NCBI GenBank assembly: GCA_038326785.1
Contig: JBBQKK010000001.1
Coordinates: 19,813 to 83,812, forward strand
Source of the DNA: Candidatus Saccharimonadales bacterium
Lineage (GTDB): Bacteria; Patescibacteriota; Saccharimonadia; Saccharimonadales; JBBQKK01
Length of the DNA stretch: 64,000 nucleotides
Direction: 5' to 3'
The notes under the pieces are model-generated. The model did no database searches. It saw only the letters and a list, made by a program, of their open reading frames with translations, and was not told the origin of the DNA. The position numbers and the translations under genes were made by a program. Shown piece by piece: positions 1 through 8,583 of this stretch. Numbering within the stretch: position 1 is the first letter of the stretch; each line of letters starts with the position of its first letter.

Positions 1-406
1 ACTCACCAGTGGCAACGGCGTTATGATCGTTTATAACTAATGTGGCATAGCTAATATCACATTCGACGTCCGCATGATGATCAAGTACAATTACCGGTTT
101 GCTAGCCACCCAGTTACGGTATTGGCTATGTTCAAGCTTTTCAAGAAGTATTGCTGCGCTTGTGTCGACGATAATGCTTAGATCAAAGCTAGATGGCATA
201 TCGCGGCTAACTCGATCCCAGCCCTGGATGTGCTTTAGGTAGTCAGGCACATCCACTGCGCAATAAAGGAATACTTCCTTGCCCTGCTCTCCTAGAATCT
301 CTTCCAGTGCCAAAGCGCTCGCCAAGCTGTCCCCGTCCGGGTTGTCTGCCTGGATAACAACTATTTTTTGCGCTGCTTCTACGAGCTGCTTAACTTCTTG
401 ATACAT
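1..406 (-). CDS. DHH-family phosphoesterase (NrnA-like), N-terminal ~135 codons; gene runs off the window start
   Basis: Own translation of the minus strand from ATG at 406-404: MYQEVKQLVEAAQKIVVIQADNPDGDSLASALALEEILGEQGKEVFLYC...PVIVLDHHADVECD. It has the NPDGD and DHH motifs of DHH phosphoesterases. It is absent from the ORF track because the window edge cuts it. Confidence 0.6.
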   Translation of the reverse strand, partial: MYQEVKQLVEAAQKIVVIQADNPDGDSLASALALEEILGEQGKEVFLYCAVDVPDYLKHIQGWDRVSRDMPSSFDLSIIVDTSAAILLEKLEHSQYRNWVASKPVIVLDHHADVECDISYATLVINDHNAVATGE

Positions 407-442
407 TATATTTAGTATAACAGATGTAAATGTCGCAAAAGC

Positions 443-1048
443 TTAAAGAATTGTGCGGCCCTCTAGCGCTCGACCGAGTGTAATTTGGTCTGCATACTCC
501 AGGTCAACGCCTACTGGCAATCCCCGCGCAAGCCGAGTAACTTTTACGGTACGATCCCCTATTTGCTGCTGTATGTATAATGCGGTAGATTCGCCTTCGA
601 CGCTTGCATTGGTTGCTAGAATAATTTCTTTAACGTCGTCTTCGTCTATTCGCTTTACTAGTTCATTAATATGCAGTTGCTCGGGCCCGACGCCATCAAT
701 GGGCGATACTAAGCCGCCCAACACATGATACGTTCCCTTAAACTGAGAAGTTTTCTCTAATGCGAGAATATCGAATGGTTCAGCTACGACTGCAACAAGC
801 TGTTTATCGCGTGAAGGGTCGGTGTAGAGATCTGAATACTCTTTACCTGTTTCAATTAAGGCAAAAGTCTTTTTGCAATAGGCAATGCCTTGGTGCAGAT
901 GCTCTAATCCGCCAGCCAAACGATGAGATTTAGCTCTGTCTGCTTTTAGTAGAAAATACGCATATCTTTCTGCTGTCCGCGGGCCAACTCCAGGTAATGA
1001 GCCGAAAGCCTCTATTACTTCTTCAAGTGCTGGTGGCAGAATTTGCAA
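443..1048 (-). CDS. recR: recombination protein RecR (zinc-finger cysteines mostly absent)
   Basis: 201 aa. HhH motif LPGVGPRTAERYAYFLL and Toprim-like core VVAEPFDILALEKT..YHVLGGLVSP, ILATNASVEGESTALYI. It follows ybaB, as in the conserved dnaX-ybaB-recR neighbourhood. Confidence 0.9.
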   Translation of the reverse strand: MQILPPALEEVIEAFGSLPGVGPRTAERYAYFLLKADRAKSHRLAGGLEHLHQGIAYCKKTFALIETGKEYSDLYTDPSRDKQLVAVVAEPFDILALEKTSQFKGTYHVLGGLVSPIDGVGPEQLHINELVKRIDEDDVKEIILATNASVEGESTALYIQQQIGDRTVKVTRLARGLPVGVDLEYADQITLGRALEGRTIL

Positions 1049-1059
1049 CTGATGATCCT

Positions 1060-1353
1060 CTACAACCCAAGGTTGCCGAGAGCGCCCATCATTGGCTGCA
1101 TCTTTTCCGCAGCAATTTTCTGGCTTTCGGAGATGGCTTCTTTAACGGCGTCTTCAATCCAACGCTCTAGTTCACCAATATCTTCTAGATCCACGTATTC
1201 TGGGTCAATGTTGATTTTCTTGATCTTTTGTTCGCCCGTAATCTCCACAGATACGGCTCCATCACCCTTTTCGACGGTGATAGTCATCTTCTGTAATTCT
1301 TTCTGAATCTTCTTTACCTGTAAAAGCATTTTAGCTTGGTCAAATCGGCTCAT
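1060..1353 (-). CDS. ybaB: YbaB/EbfC family nucleoid-associated protein
   Basis: 97 aa with the typical YbaB pattern (MLLQVKKIQKELQKM...VEITGEQKIKKINIDPEYV...EDAVKEA). Located immediately upstream of recR. Confidence 0.85.
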   Translation of the reverse strand: MSRFDQAKMLLQVKKIQKELQKMTITVEKGDGAVSVEITGEQKIKKINIDPEYVDLEDIGELERWIEDAVKEAISESQKIAAEKMQPMMGALGNLGL

Positions 1354-1394
1354 GTCTGTAACTCCTTAACAATCTAGTATATTGTACCAAAAAC

Positions 1395-2588
1395 TTACAG
1401 TTTGCGGCTAAATGTTTTACGAGTCTCTGGTGCATTTGCCCAGGCTACGAAGTAATGGCTAATGTTATAAAACACACTAGTGGCAATTGCGATGGTCAGT
1501 AATGCGGTGCCAAGGCTCCGAGCGATAGGGTTTCGAGGGAATGTGCCATACCATTCAGTGAGCAGATATGTGATGCCATTTGCTACGGCTAGGTATACGA
1601 AAGGCAACAACACCACTAGCGGTGCAATTCCCAGACAATACAGGGTGACCCCAAGTATAAGACCAAAAATTAGTATGCGAGTCCGATCAAGTGAGAACTT
1701 GCCATACAGAAAAATAAATCCTAGTGCAAAACAGGTAATAGTAAGCGCGTCCAACAATGGCATGTTACCTACCCAGTAAACGGGGTTATCCGTACCGCTT
1801 ACGAATAGTTGCTTAGGAATCGATGCAAGTCGGCTGATAACATCCGCACCGGATGGGACGGATTCGGGCAGCCCGAGAAGCTTGAAAATAACCTGGGGTT
1901 TATTCTGTACCGCGAATATCAGCGGGGCCACAAGTACGAAAAAACCAACGACGCCGGCTAGCATTTTCCAGTTGGTTAGACTTGCTAAGCTGTGCCGAAC
2001 GCGGCCTCTTTGCCAAAATACCCCAGCCAGAGAGAACCATATAAGGCCAGGAGTATAGAGCAATAATCCTGTCAGTGCTACGCCACCAAGCAGCGGTAAG
2101 CCACCGTTCTTCCGGGTATCATGGAGCCAGGCTCCGCAAGCTAGTAACGGCAGTACTAACAAATATGTACTATCCGTCGTTGCTAACCGCACGCCGTGTA
2201 AAAACCAGCTAGAAGAAGCAAACATGAGAGTACTAAGAAATGCGATACGTGGTGTATGCCAACGACTAAGTAAATAGTAGAAGCTAAAAATCGCTAATGC
2301 CCCTATAGTTGTACTGATGAATCGCCCTGAAAAGATACTGGCTATGTGCAATTTTTCGAATACGTAAATGTTGAGATAATACGGCAAATATGCAGGGTCT
2401 TTAAGTATGGCGAGGAGGCTTAAGTCGCGGTTTACTAGATGGGACACTGTTTTTACTTCAGCTTCAGCTGCCCCCGGCACTAATGTCCCTAATTTATAGA
2501 GCAATAATGCAGCAAATAAAGAAGAAATAATTACCCACCAAAGGGCCGGCCGCCAAGATACACTTAATAGGAACTTTACTTTTTTCAT
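1395..2588 (-). CDS. polytopic integral membrane protein, possibly a GT-C (ArnT/PMT-like) glycosyltransferase
   Basis: 397-aa ORF that is almost entirely hydrophobic segments (about 10 predicted helices by eye). No catalytic motif could be confirmed, so the function is a guess. Confidence 0.45.
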   Translation of the reverse strand: MKKVKFLLSVSWRPALWWVIISSLFAALLLYKLGTLVPGAAEAEVKTVSHLVNRDLSLLAILKDPAYLPYYLNIYVFEKLHIASIFSGRFISTTIGALAIFSFYYLLSRWHTPRIAFLSTLMFASSSWFLHGVRLATTDSTYLLVLPLLACGAWLHDTRKNGGLPLLGGVALTGLLLYTPGLIWFSLAGVFWQRGRVRHSLASLTNWKMLAGVVGFFVLVAPLIFAVQNKPQVIFKLLGLPESVPSGADVISRLASIPKQLFVSGTDNPVYWVGNMPLLDALTITCFALGFIFLYGKFSLDRTRILIFGLILGVTLYCLGIAPLVVLLPFVYLAVANGITYLLTEWYGTFPRNPIARSLGTALLTIAIATSVFYNISHYFVAWANAPETRKTFSRKL

Positions 2589-2615
2589 GCGTTACCTAAA
2601 GTATAACACTCGTGT

Positions 2616-3971
2616 TTATTCGAAAGGTACGGAATGTTTATTATCTACCCCGCGAAAACGCTGCTTCTCTCTATCGAAGTATAGTTCAACAGCACCAGTT
2701 GGTCCGTTTCGGTGTTTTTTTATAAAGATGTCGGTAATATTTTTTCGCTCTGTTTCCGGATTGTAATACTCTTCTCGGTATATAAATGCCACGACATCAG
2801 CGTCCTGCTCGATTGAACCCGATTCACGAAGGTCTGACAGCTGTGGAATCTGTGGGCTGCGATTTTCAACAGAACGGCTAAGCTGACTTAGTGCAATTAA
2901 TGGTACGTTGAGTTCACGTGCTATTCCCTTAAGCCCACGAGAAATTTCTGAAATTTCTTGTACGCGATTGCCATCACCGCCAAATCGGGCACCGCCGCTC
3001 ATAAGCTGTAAGTAGTCAACAATAATTAGTCCAAGGGGTCGCTGGTGTGCTTCACGGCGCGCTTTTGTGCGCAAATCACTAACTGTAATACCGGGAGTGT
3101 CATCGATGTAAATCTGAGCTTCAGATAATGTTCCCATAGCATGACCAAGTTTTTCAAAATCTGCATCAGTCAGATTTCCAGTACGAAGAGCCCACGCGTC
3201 AACACCCGATTCCATAGATAACATTCGGTCAACTAGCTGCTCTTTGCTCATTTCCAGGCTAAATATTAAAACGGGTTCACTGGATTTTACTGCTACGTTA
3301 TGAGCAAGGTTTAGGGAAAAGGCAGTTTTACCCATCGATGGACGGGCGGCTAGGATAAATAGGTCTGAGCGTTGCAGGCCTGCGAGGATGTTATCCATAT
3401 CGCGAAATCCTGTCGGAACTCCGCGAATTTTCCCCTTATCTTTGTGTAACTCATCTAGCCTTTCGAAGCTGTCGGTCAGGATTGTTTCGATGCTCGTAAT
3501 ATCTTGCTTGATATGACGCTGGCTGACTTCAAATAGTCGTGATTCAGCCTCTTCAATTAATTGCTGTAGGCTGCGACCTTCGTCATATCCAAGTCCGACT
3601 ATGTCCTGGGAGGCTTTGATAAGTCTTCGTCGCAACGCTTTTTGCGAAACGATTTCGGCGTATTGTTCGGCGTGTGCGGCTGTTGGTACGAAATTGGTTA
3701 ATTCTGTTAGGTATGCCGGGCCGCCAACTATGTCCAAAAATCCCGTACCGCGCAGATGATCGGATAAAGTTAATACATCAATTGGGCTGTGTTTTTCGTA
3801 TAGAGTAACGAGCGCTTCATATATGCGCTGATGTCGTTCTTCATAAAAGTCGGTTGCAGAGACAGTGTCCGCAACTTTTACGATAGCGTCGGTATCAATT
3901 AAAATAGCACCAAGTAAGCTTGCTTCTGCTTCCGTATTTTGTGGTGGTATCTTGGCTAATTGCTGATCCAC
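2616..3971 (-). CDS. dnaB: replicative DNA helicase DnaB
   Basis: 451 aa. N-terminal PPQNTEAEASLLGAIL, Walker A ARPSMGKTAF, Walker B LIIVDYLQLM, and C-terminal LRESGSIEQDADVVAFIYR. Confidence 0.93.
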   Translation of the reverse strand: MDQQLAKIPPQNTEAEASLLGAILIDTDAIVKVADTVSATDFYEERHQRIYEALVTLYEKHSPIDVLTLSDHLRGTGFLDIVGGPAYLTELTNFVPTAAHAEQYAEIVSQKALRRRLIKASQDIVGLGYDEGRSLQQLIEEAESRLFEVSQRHIKQDITSIETILTDSFERLDELHKDKGKIRGVPTGFRDMDNILAGLQRSDLFILAARPSMGKTAFSLNLAHNVAVKSSEPVLIFSLEMSKEQLVDRMLSMESGVDAWALRTGNLTDADFEKLGHAMGTLSEAQIYIDDTPGITVSDLRTKARREAHQRPLGLIIVDYLQLMSGGARFGGDGNRVQEISEISRGLKGIARELNVPLIALSQLSRSVENRSPQIPQLSDLRESGSIEQDADVVAFIYREEYYNPETERKNITDIFIKKHRNGPTGAVELYFDREKQRFRGVDNKHSVPFE

Positions 3972-4011
3972 TAGTTCCCTCGTCCTGGCGCTAACCTAAA
4001 ATTTTGTACTG

Positions 4012-5526
4012 TCATTCTATCACTTCGGCACTGCCAAAGATATTGCTTATGGCGTCTATGCCGTTAGCTGTAGGTTTAGAGGAGGCTTCTGGCTGCGCGT
4101 TGGTGTCTCCACTGGAGGTCTTGTTCTTGTCCACTATACAAATAATTGTTGGGCTTTTGCCTGTTAGGCCAAAGATGGTGTCGATAAGAATCTGTTTATT
4201 TTTTGCCTCGTTAATTCGCTTTTGGTGAAATGGGAATTTAAAAGTTAGCGTTAGCTCTTCCCCGTCCACCTCCGCAATAGCCATACGAGCTACGCCGTAT
4301 AGGGTGTTATATTTTGTTCGAATGTTTTCGAGCGCATCGTGCCAAATTTGTAACGTGAAATCGGACTGAACAGCCGGTGCTTTACTGGCGGGGGTAGGTA
4401 GTAATTCTTCATTATCTTGCTGAGCAGCTGGTGCGGGGGGCGTACTTTTTGGGGCAAGTTTAGGAACTTTGGTTGGTGTTGGTGTGGATTTTGGAGCTGG
4501 AGTATGCGCCGCCGCAGTAGGTGCCGAGATAGCGGCTGTAGGTGCAGCGACTTGCACTTCTGGCTCGCGCTGCATAACTATTGCTAGCAAGGCAATCTGC
4601 AGTGCGACACTAGGGTCGCTTGATGCAGAGACGTTAAGAAGATCGTTCAGCAGTTTAGTAAGCTGCTCGGTTGGGAGGAATCGGTTTCCGTTAACGGCTT
4701 CAGCTCGTAGTTTTGCGCTTAGTTGCGCTGCAAATTTCTGCGGAAGTACACCGTTTTGCTGAATGCTTTGCAGGAATTCAATTAGTTCCTTAGCAGTGCC
4801 CTTGCCCAAAATTGCCACGGCATCTTCGATCATTTGGTCTGCAGCAATGCCGAGCATATCCAGCACATCTTCAATTTCTATCTTTTTCTGCATGGTGCTC
4901 GCCTGATCAAGCAGGCTGATACTGTCTCTAAAACTTCCGCCTCCGTGTTTTGCTATTAGCTCTAGCGCGCTATCGGAAATGTCTATCTTTTCACTTTTGG
5001 CTAAGGTTTTTAGATGATCAACTGCTGCATTTGTTTGCACAGGTTTAAAAGTGTAGCGTTGGGTGCGGCTAATGATGGTTTCGGGTAACTTATGCGCTTC
5101 AGTTGTTGCTAATATAAATATTACATGAGCAGGGGGCTCTTCAAGGGTTTTGAGTAATGCGTTAAAAGCTTCTTTTGTAAGCATGTGCACTTCGTCGATA
5201 ATGTACACTTTGTATTTGCCGCTTGTAGGAGCGGTATGTACGCGTTCTCGTAGCTCGCGTATTTCGTCAATACGTCGGTTGCTGGCTGCGTCAATTTCAA
5301 TAATGTCCAGATTGGTCGCGTCTTCATCGTAGTTAAATTGGTTAACTTCATGCGCCAAGATTCTGGCAATGCTTGTTTTACCTACTCCACGAGGGCCAGT
5401 AAAAAGATATGCATGACTGATGGTGTCGGATTTTAATGCGTTGGATAGAGCTGTCGTGATGTGGTCTTGGCCAATGATTTCTGACAGATTCTTGGAACGG
5501 TATTTCCGGTAGAGTGCTTTCCCCAT
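4012..5526 (-). CDS. dnaX: DNA polymerase III subunit gamma/tau
   Basis: 504 aa. Walker A GPRGVGKTS, DEVHML, ALLKTLEEPP and SRTQ sensor, followed by a Pro/Ala-rich linker and a C-terminal domain. Confidence 0.9.
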   Translation of the reverse strand: MGKALYRKYRSKNLSEIIGQDHITTALSNALKSDTISHAYLFTGPRGVGKTSIARILAHEVNQFNYDEDATNLDIIEIDAASNRRIDEIRELRERVHTAPTSGKYKVYIIDEVHMLTKEAFNALLKTLEEPPAHVIFILATTEAHKLPETIISRTQRYTFKPVQTNAAVDHLKTLAKSEKIDISDSALELIAKHGGGSFRDSISLLDQASTMQKKIEIEDVLDMLGIAADQMIEDAVAILGKGTAKELIEFLQSIQQNGVLPQKFAAQLSAKLRAEAVNGNRFLPTEQLTKLLNDLLNVSASSDPSVALQIALLAIVMQREPEVQVAAPTAAISAPTAAAHTPAPKSTPTPTKVPKLAPKSTPPAPAAQQDNEELLPTPASKAPAVQSDFTLQIWHDALENIRTKYNTLYGVARMAIAEVDGEELTLTFKFPFHQKRINEAKNKQILIDTIFGLTGKSPTIICIVDKNKTSSGDTNAQPEASSKPTANGIDAISNIFGSAEVIE

Positions 5527-5571
5527 ATAGCTACTATTATACGTGAGCTTTTGCGAGTCGTATGTTGTGTA

Positions 5572-6132
5572 TTATGTAGTGCTTTTTCCGAGTGCGTGTC
5601 GTAAATACCCTATTGATCCTAATAGGCTCAAAGGAACGGCAACTGTTAAAGCTGCAATTGCGATATTTCTAGTAATAGACTGCGTGCTAGATGCTTCCAG
5701 GACGCTGGAAACAGTAAAAAGTACGAGTGCCGAATTCTGGAAAAACATACCTCTTTTTCCCAGCAATGATGATTCAGGGTTTCTTTTTCGGTATTCAGCG
5801 TACGCTACTATCGCCATGTTGATTATATTCTGCAGTAGAACATATACAAGAACCCAAAACGGAACGCTTTGGAAGTAAAATGCGGCAGCGATAATAGCAA
5901 AAGTGGCAATTTTGTCCGCAGTGCCATCGAGCGCTGCACCAAAGCGGCTTGAACCAAATTTTCTGGCGAGCGGCCCATCGACAAGATCAAGTGCTCTGCC
6001 AATCCCTACGAGTGCAATCCCATGAACTGTGTTGAGCCGCAAAGCACCAGCTAGAGTCATTAATAGGCCGATAGCTGTGGCTGCATTGGCAGGAGTAGCT
6101 AAATCTTCGCGGGACAATTTCATACTCTTCAT
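5572..6132 (-). CDS. CDP-alcohol phosphatidyltransferase family protein
   Basis: 186 aa membrane protein with the family signature DLVDGPLARKFGSSRFGAALDGTADK (D-G-x2-A-R-x8-G-x3-D-x3-D). Confidence 0.8.
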   Translation of the reverse strand: MKSMKLSREDLATPANAATAIGLLMTLAGALRLNTVHGIALVGIGRALDLVDGPLARKFGSSRFGAALDGTADKIATFAIIAAAFYFQSVPFWVLVYVLLQNIINMAIVAYAEYRKRNPESSLLGKRGMFFQNSALVLFTVSSVLEASSTQSITRNIAIAALTVAVPLSLLGSIGYLRHALGKSTT

Positions 6133-6135
6133 AAT

Positions 6136-6165
6136 AACAAAAAGCTCCGTTGATTAAACGGAGCT
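6136..6165 (-). terminator. intrinsic terminator after the 6188..6697 ORF
   Basis: 9-bp stem agctccgtt/aacggagct (6143-6151 / 6157-6165) with a 5-nt loop. On the minus strand it is followed by TTTTTGTTATT. Confidence 0.65.
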
Positions 6166-6187
6166 TATAAGTACCTTAAATTCTGCG

Positions 6188-6697
6188 TTATAGTGCAGCT
6201 TCAAGCGCTGCCCATTCAGCGTGAGCGTCGTCTTCTGGGACGTTGACACTAACTTGGTCACCTGGCTTAGCCTTGAAATAAGTTACGCTCGCTAGAAGCA
6301 CTCGATACTTCTTTGCTCCTACTTCTACGTAGTAGTGGCCGTTCTCTTGAGTTAATACTCCAACAATCTGTTTGCGTGGGATAGGGCCAATCTGTTTGTA
6401 CATAAAAGCGCCATCATCAGCAATAGTAAGCTTTAGAATATCGCCTTGCACTAATTTAGATTTGCTGGCGTAGTTTGCTGGAACAGGATAAACTTTGCCA
6501 TCTGAGCCAACCATATTTTGGCCGTCAAAGACACCTTCAATAACCTTACCAAGTGGTTCGTCCTTGATAGCTGCGGTAGCTTCAGGATCTTCTCCAACTA
6601 GGCTCATAAGCAACTCTTTAGCAGCAGCAAGGCTGGTCTCAGCTTCCTGAATAAGTGCTCGTAATCTCTTTATTTGTTTGTCTGGTACGTCTGACAT
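6188..6697 (-). CDS. hypothetical protein (N-terminal helix plus two similar beta-rich halves)
   Basis: The ORF track gives 6188..6790. I prefer the internal ATG at 6697 (MSDVPDKQIKRLRALIQE...), because it is preceded by AAAGAG and the upstream extension overlaps promoter-like and terminator-flanking sequence. No family was recognised. Confidence 0.55.
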   Translation of the reverse strand: MSDVPDKQIKRLRALIQEAETSLAAAKELLMSLVGEDPEATAAIKDEPLGKVIEGVFDGQNMVGSDGKVYPVPANYASKSKLVQGDILKLTIADDGAFMYKQIGPIPRKQIVGVLTQENGHYYVEVGAKKYRVLLASVTYFKAKPGDQVSVNVPEDDAHAEWAALEAAL

Positions 6698-6833
6698 CTC
6701 TTTAAGTCTCTCTTGATAAGTGTTTGTATACGCACTTGTCTTAGCCCTACCGTAACACGGATATAGAACCAAGTCAAAACAGTGTAGCAAAAACTGTGGA
6801 AAAGTTAAATTGCTTAAGTTTTGGAACCAATAA

Positions 6834-6858
6834 AGAGAGGCCAGTTAATGGCCTCTCT
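6834..6858 (-). terminator. intrinsic terminator after rplL
   Basis: 10-bp stem agagaggcca/tggcctctct. On the minus strand it is followed by TTTATTGG. Located 21 nt downstream of the rplL stop. Confidence 0.7.
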
Positions 6859-6878
6859 TAGGAGTTTAATTGCTAAAA

Positions 6879-7259
6879 TTAAGCAAGTTCAACTGTAGCT
6901 CCGGCTGCTTCAAGAGCCTTCTTGTGTGCTTCTGCATCTTCCTTCTTAGCCTTCTCAACGACAGTCTTTGGAACGCCGTCAACGATTGCCTTTGCTTCAC
7001 CAAGACCAAGACCAGTAATGTCCTTAACAGCCTTGATTACAGCTACCTTCTGGGCACCTGCGTCCTTAAGAACGACATCGTATTCGCTCTTTTCGTCTTC
7101 AGCAGGAGCTGCGTCGCCGCCGGCTGGGCCAGCGATAGCAACAGCTGCAGCAGCTGGTTCAATACCGTATTCATCCTTTAGGATGTTCTTTAGTTCGTTT
7201 ACTTCCAAAACAGTTAAACCAGTTAGCTGTTCTGCAATTTTCTTTAAATCAGTTGCCAT
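6879..7259 (-). CDS. rplL: 50S ribosomal protein L7/L12
   Basis: 126 aa. [18 protein letters not shown], an Ala/Gly hinge, and C-terminal [25 protein letters not shown]. Confidence 0.95.
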   Translation of the reverse strand: MATDLKKIAEQLTGLTVLEVNELKNILKDEYGIEPAAAAVAIAGPAGGDAAPAEDEKSEYDVVLKDAGAQKVAVIKAVKDITGLGLGEAKAIVDGVPKTVVEKAKKEDAEAHKKALEAAGATVELA

Positions 7260-7277
7260 TTCAATGGTTCCTTTCTA

Positions 7278-7802
7278 TTAATTAGCTGCTTTAGCTTCAA
7301 CCCCATCGAGTAGAGCGTGCAGGTTGCCTGACAAGCCACTCATCACATCGTTGAGTGGTGATCCAAGTGTTGCGATAACTTGAGCGATAAGCTCCTCGCG
7401 GCTTGGCATGGTTGCCAGAGATTTTACTTCATCTGCAGTGAGGAATTTACCCTCGCCTGAGATTGCGCCAACAAATTGTAGTGTTGGCTGGGTTTTGGCA
7501 AAGTTTGCCAAAGTTTGTGCAGGTGATACCTCATCTTCGCTGTTGAAAGCGTACAGAAGCATTCCGCTCAACGCACTGACATCTGTGTCTTTGATAGTGT
7601 CAGTCTGCTGAATAGCCTTTATGACTAATCGGTTCTTGACGACTTTCATAACAGTTCCGCTGTCGCGTCCGCTCTTGCGTAGGCTCTGTAGTGCCTTAAC
7701 AGGTGTGCCCTGGTATGCCGCAACGACAGTCATCTTAGAGTTAGCTAATAAATCAGCTATTTCTGAAACAACTTCGTTCTTCTTTTCTTTGGTTAAAGCC
7801 AT
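7278..7802 (-). CDS. rplJ: 50S ribosomal protein L10
   Basis: 174 aa. N-terminus MALTKEKKNEVVSEIADLL...MTVVAAYQGTPVKALQSLRK. Immediately upstream of rplL. Confidence 0.92.
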   Translation of the reverse strand: MALTKEKKNEVVSEIADLLANSKMTVVAAYQGTPVKALQSLRKSGRDSGTVMKVVKNRLVIKAIQQTDTIKDTDVSALSGMLLYAFNSEDEVSPAQTLANFAKTQPTLQFVGAISGEGKFLTADEVKSLATMPSREELIAQVIATLGSPLNDVMSGLSGNLHALLDGVEAKAAN

Positions 7803-7868
7803 ATGTGACTTCCCCTTTTACGGTTTATTTGCCATGCGTTCTCGACCTGTTAAACGTATGGCTTAGTA

Positions 7869-7898
7869 CCAAAAAAGCTTCCCGTTACCAAGAAGCTT
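7869..7898 (-). promoter_or_regulatory. terminator-like hairpin inside the rplJ 5' leader (possible L10-type attenuator)
   Basis: Minus-strand RNA reads AAGCUUC-(10 nt)-GAAGCUU followed by UUUUGG. It lies about 70 nt upstream of the rplJ ATG and downstream of the predicted promoter. Confidence 0.35.
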
Positions 7899-7995
7899 CA
7901 TGATTAGTGCTCGAAAAACAAAAAATTGATCTCGCACCTCGGTAGCATTCTTAGTTCGCTTGTGGCGATCGCTACTGTCTTTGGTAACAGATCAG

Positions 7996-8024
7996 AATAT
8001 AGCAGACTAAGGTGTTAGTGTCAA
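7996..8024 (-). promoter_or_regulatory. sigma-70-type promoter for rplJ-rplL
   Basis: Minus strand reads TTGACA (8024-8019), an exact 17-nt spacer, then TATATT (8001-7996). This gives a leader of about 185 nt. Confidence 0.6.
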
Positions 8025-8043
8025 TCTAGAAACGGTATTGCTA

Positions 8044-8072
8044 TTGACAATGGTTTTCAGGAAGCGTACAGT
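8044..8072 (+). promoter_or_regulatory. sigma-70-type promoter, divergent from the rplJ promoter
   Basis: TTGACA (8044-8049), a 17-nt spacer, then TACAGT (8067-8072). The -35 lies 19 bp from the rplJ -35 on the opposite strand. Confidence 0.5.
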
Positions 8073-8078
8073 CGATTC

Positions 8079-8237
8079 TCGTGAGAAACCTACTTCAAAC
8101 AATTATTGCCAAGCACACATGCCGCCCATTCGGCTATGTGCTCGTTATGGCGTAAATATTGTTGGAGTCTAGGTTTTATATAAGTCGAATCAATCAAGAA
8201 ACTATCCCGGACTCCAACCATGGAGTCCGTTTTTTTA
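8079..8237 (+). ncRNA. candidate small non-coding RNA (~160 nt), family unknown
   Basis: Bounded by the predicted promoter at 8044-8072 and the intrinsic terminator at 8208-8237. No ORF with a Shine-Dalgarno sequence. Internal imperfect hairpin at 8112-8148, and long-range pairing aaaccta/taggttt, cttc/ggag, aacaat/attgtt. Confidence 0.35.
8208..8237 (+). terminator. intrinsic terminator (+ strand)
   Basis: Perfect 9-bp stem cggactcca/tggagtccg (8208-8216 / 8221-8229) with 4-nt loop acca, followed by seven T. The opposite strand lacks a T-run. Confidence 0.75.
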
Positions 8238-8334
8238 TGTGATGCTTCGATGTATGAACTTGAGATCAAGATCAGTCATGGAAGCACCGCTTCCAAGTTC
8301 TCCTTAGCGATCTATCGGGGGGAGAAAGTACCTT

Positions 8335-8357
8335 GTTCGTCGCAAACTGCGACGAAC
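8335..8357 (+). repeat. perfect 9-bp inverted repeat upstream of the 59-codon ORF
   Basis: gttcgtcgc-aaact-gcgacgaac, located 10 nt upstream of the GGAGGAG Shine-Dalgarno sequence at 8368-8374. Confidence 0.6.
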
Positions 8358-8376
8358 CAAACAATCTGGAGGAGCC

Positions 8377-8556
8377 ATGCGAGGTTGGTCAGAAATTGAC
8401 AGTGAAGTTGCTGAAGCAATTGAACAAGGTGATTTCGTCTATGCAAAGCGGGCTGTGTACGAGGATGACGGCGTTTTGAGTAATTCGTCTCGACGGCGTC
8501 TGCTTGAGCAGATCAGCGAGGCACAGGCCAAGCAGTTGAACTCTGCTGAGCTGTAA
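8377..8556 (+). CDS. small hypothetical protein, 59 aa (not in ORF track)
   Basis: Own translation: MRGWSEIDSEVAEAIEQGDFVYAKRAVYEDDGVLSNSSRRRLLEQISEAQAKQLNSAEL. The ATG is preceded by GGAGGAG with a 2-nt gap (ggaggagccATG). The competing minus-strand 84-aa ORF has no ribosome-binding site and an implausible sequence. Confidence 0.5.
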   Translation: MRGWSEIDSEVAEAIEQGDFVYAKRAVYEDDGVLSNSSRRRLLEQISEAQAKQLNSAEL

Positions 8557-8583
8557 GCAGATATTGACGGCGGTGGTCGGATG

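Noticed and set aside
4880-4893. Possible dnaX programmed frameshift site (CAG AAA AAG).
   Set aside because: The heptamer is G AAA AAG, not A AAA AAG, and no downstream hairpin was seen. It lies at about residue 212, far too early to yield a gamma-like product.
6698-6790. N-terminal 31-codon extension of the 6188..6790 ORF (MLHCFDLVLYPCYGRAKTSAY...).
   Set aside because: The extension is Cys/Tyr-rich, has no ribosome-binding site and overlaps promoter-like sequence. The internal ATG at 6697 gives a typical start.
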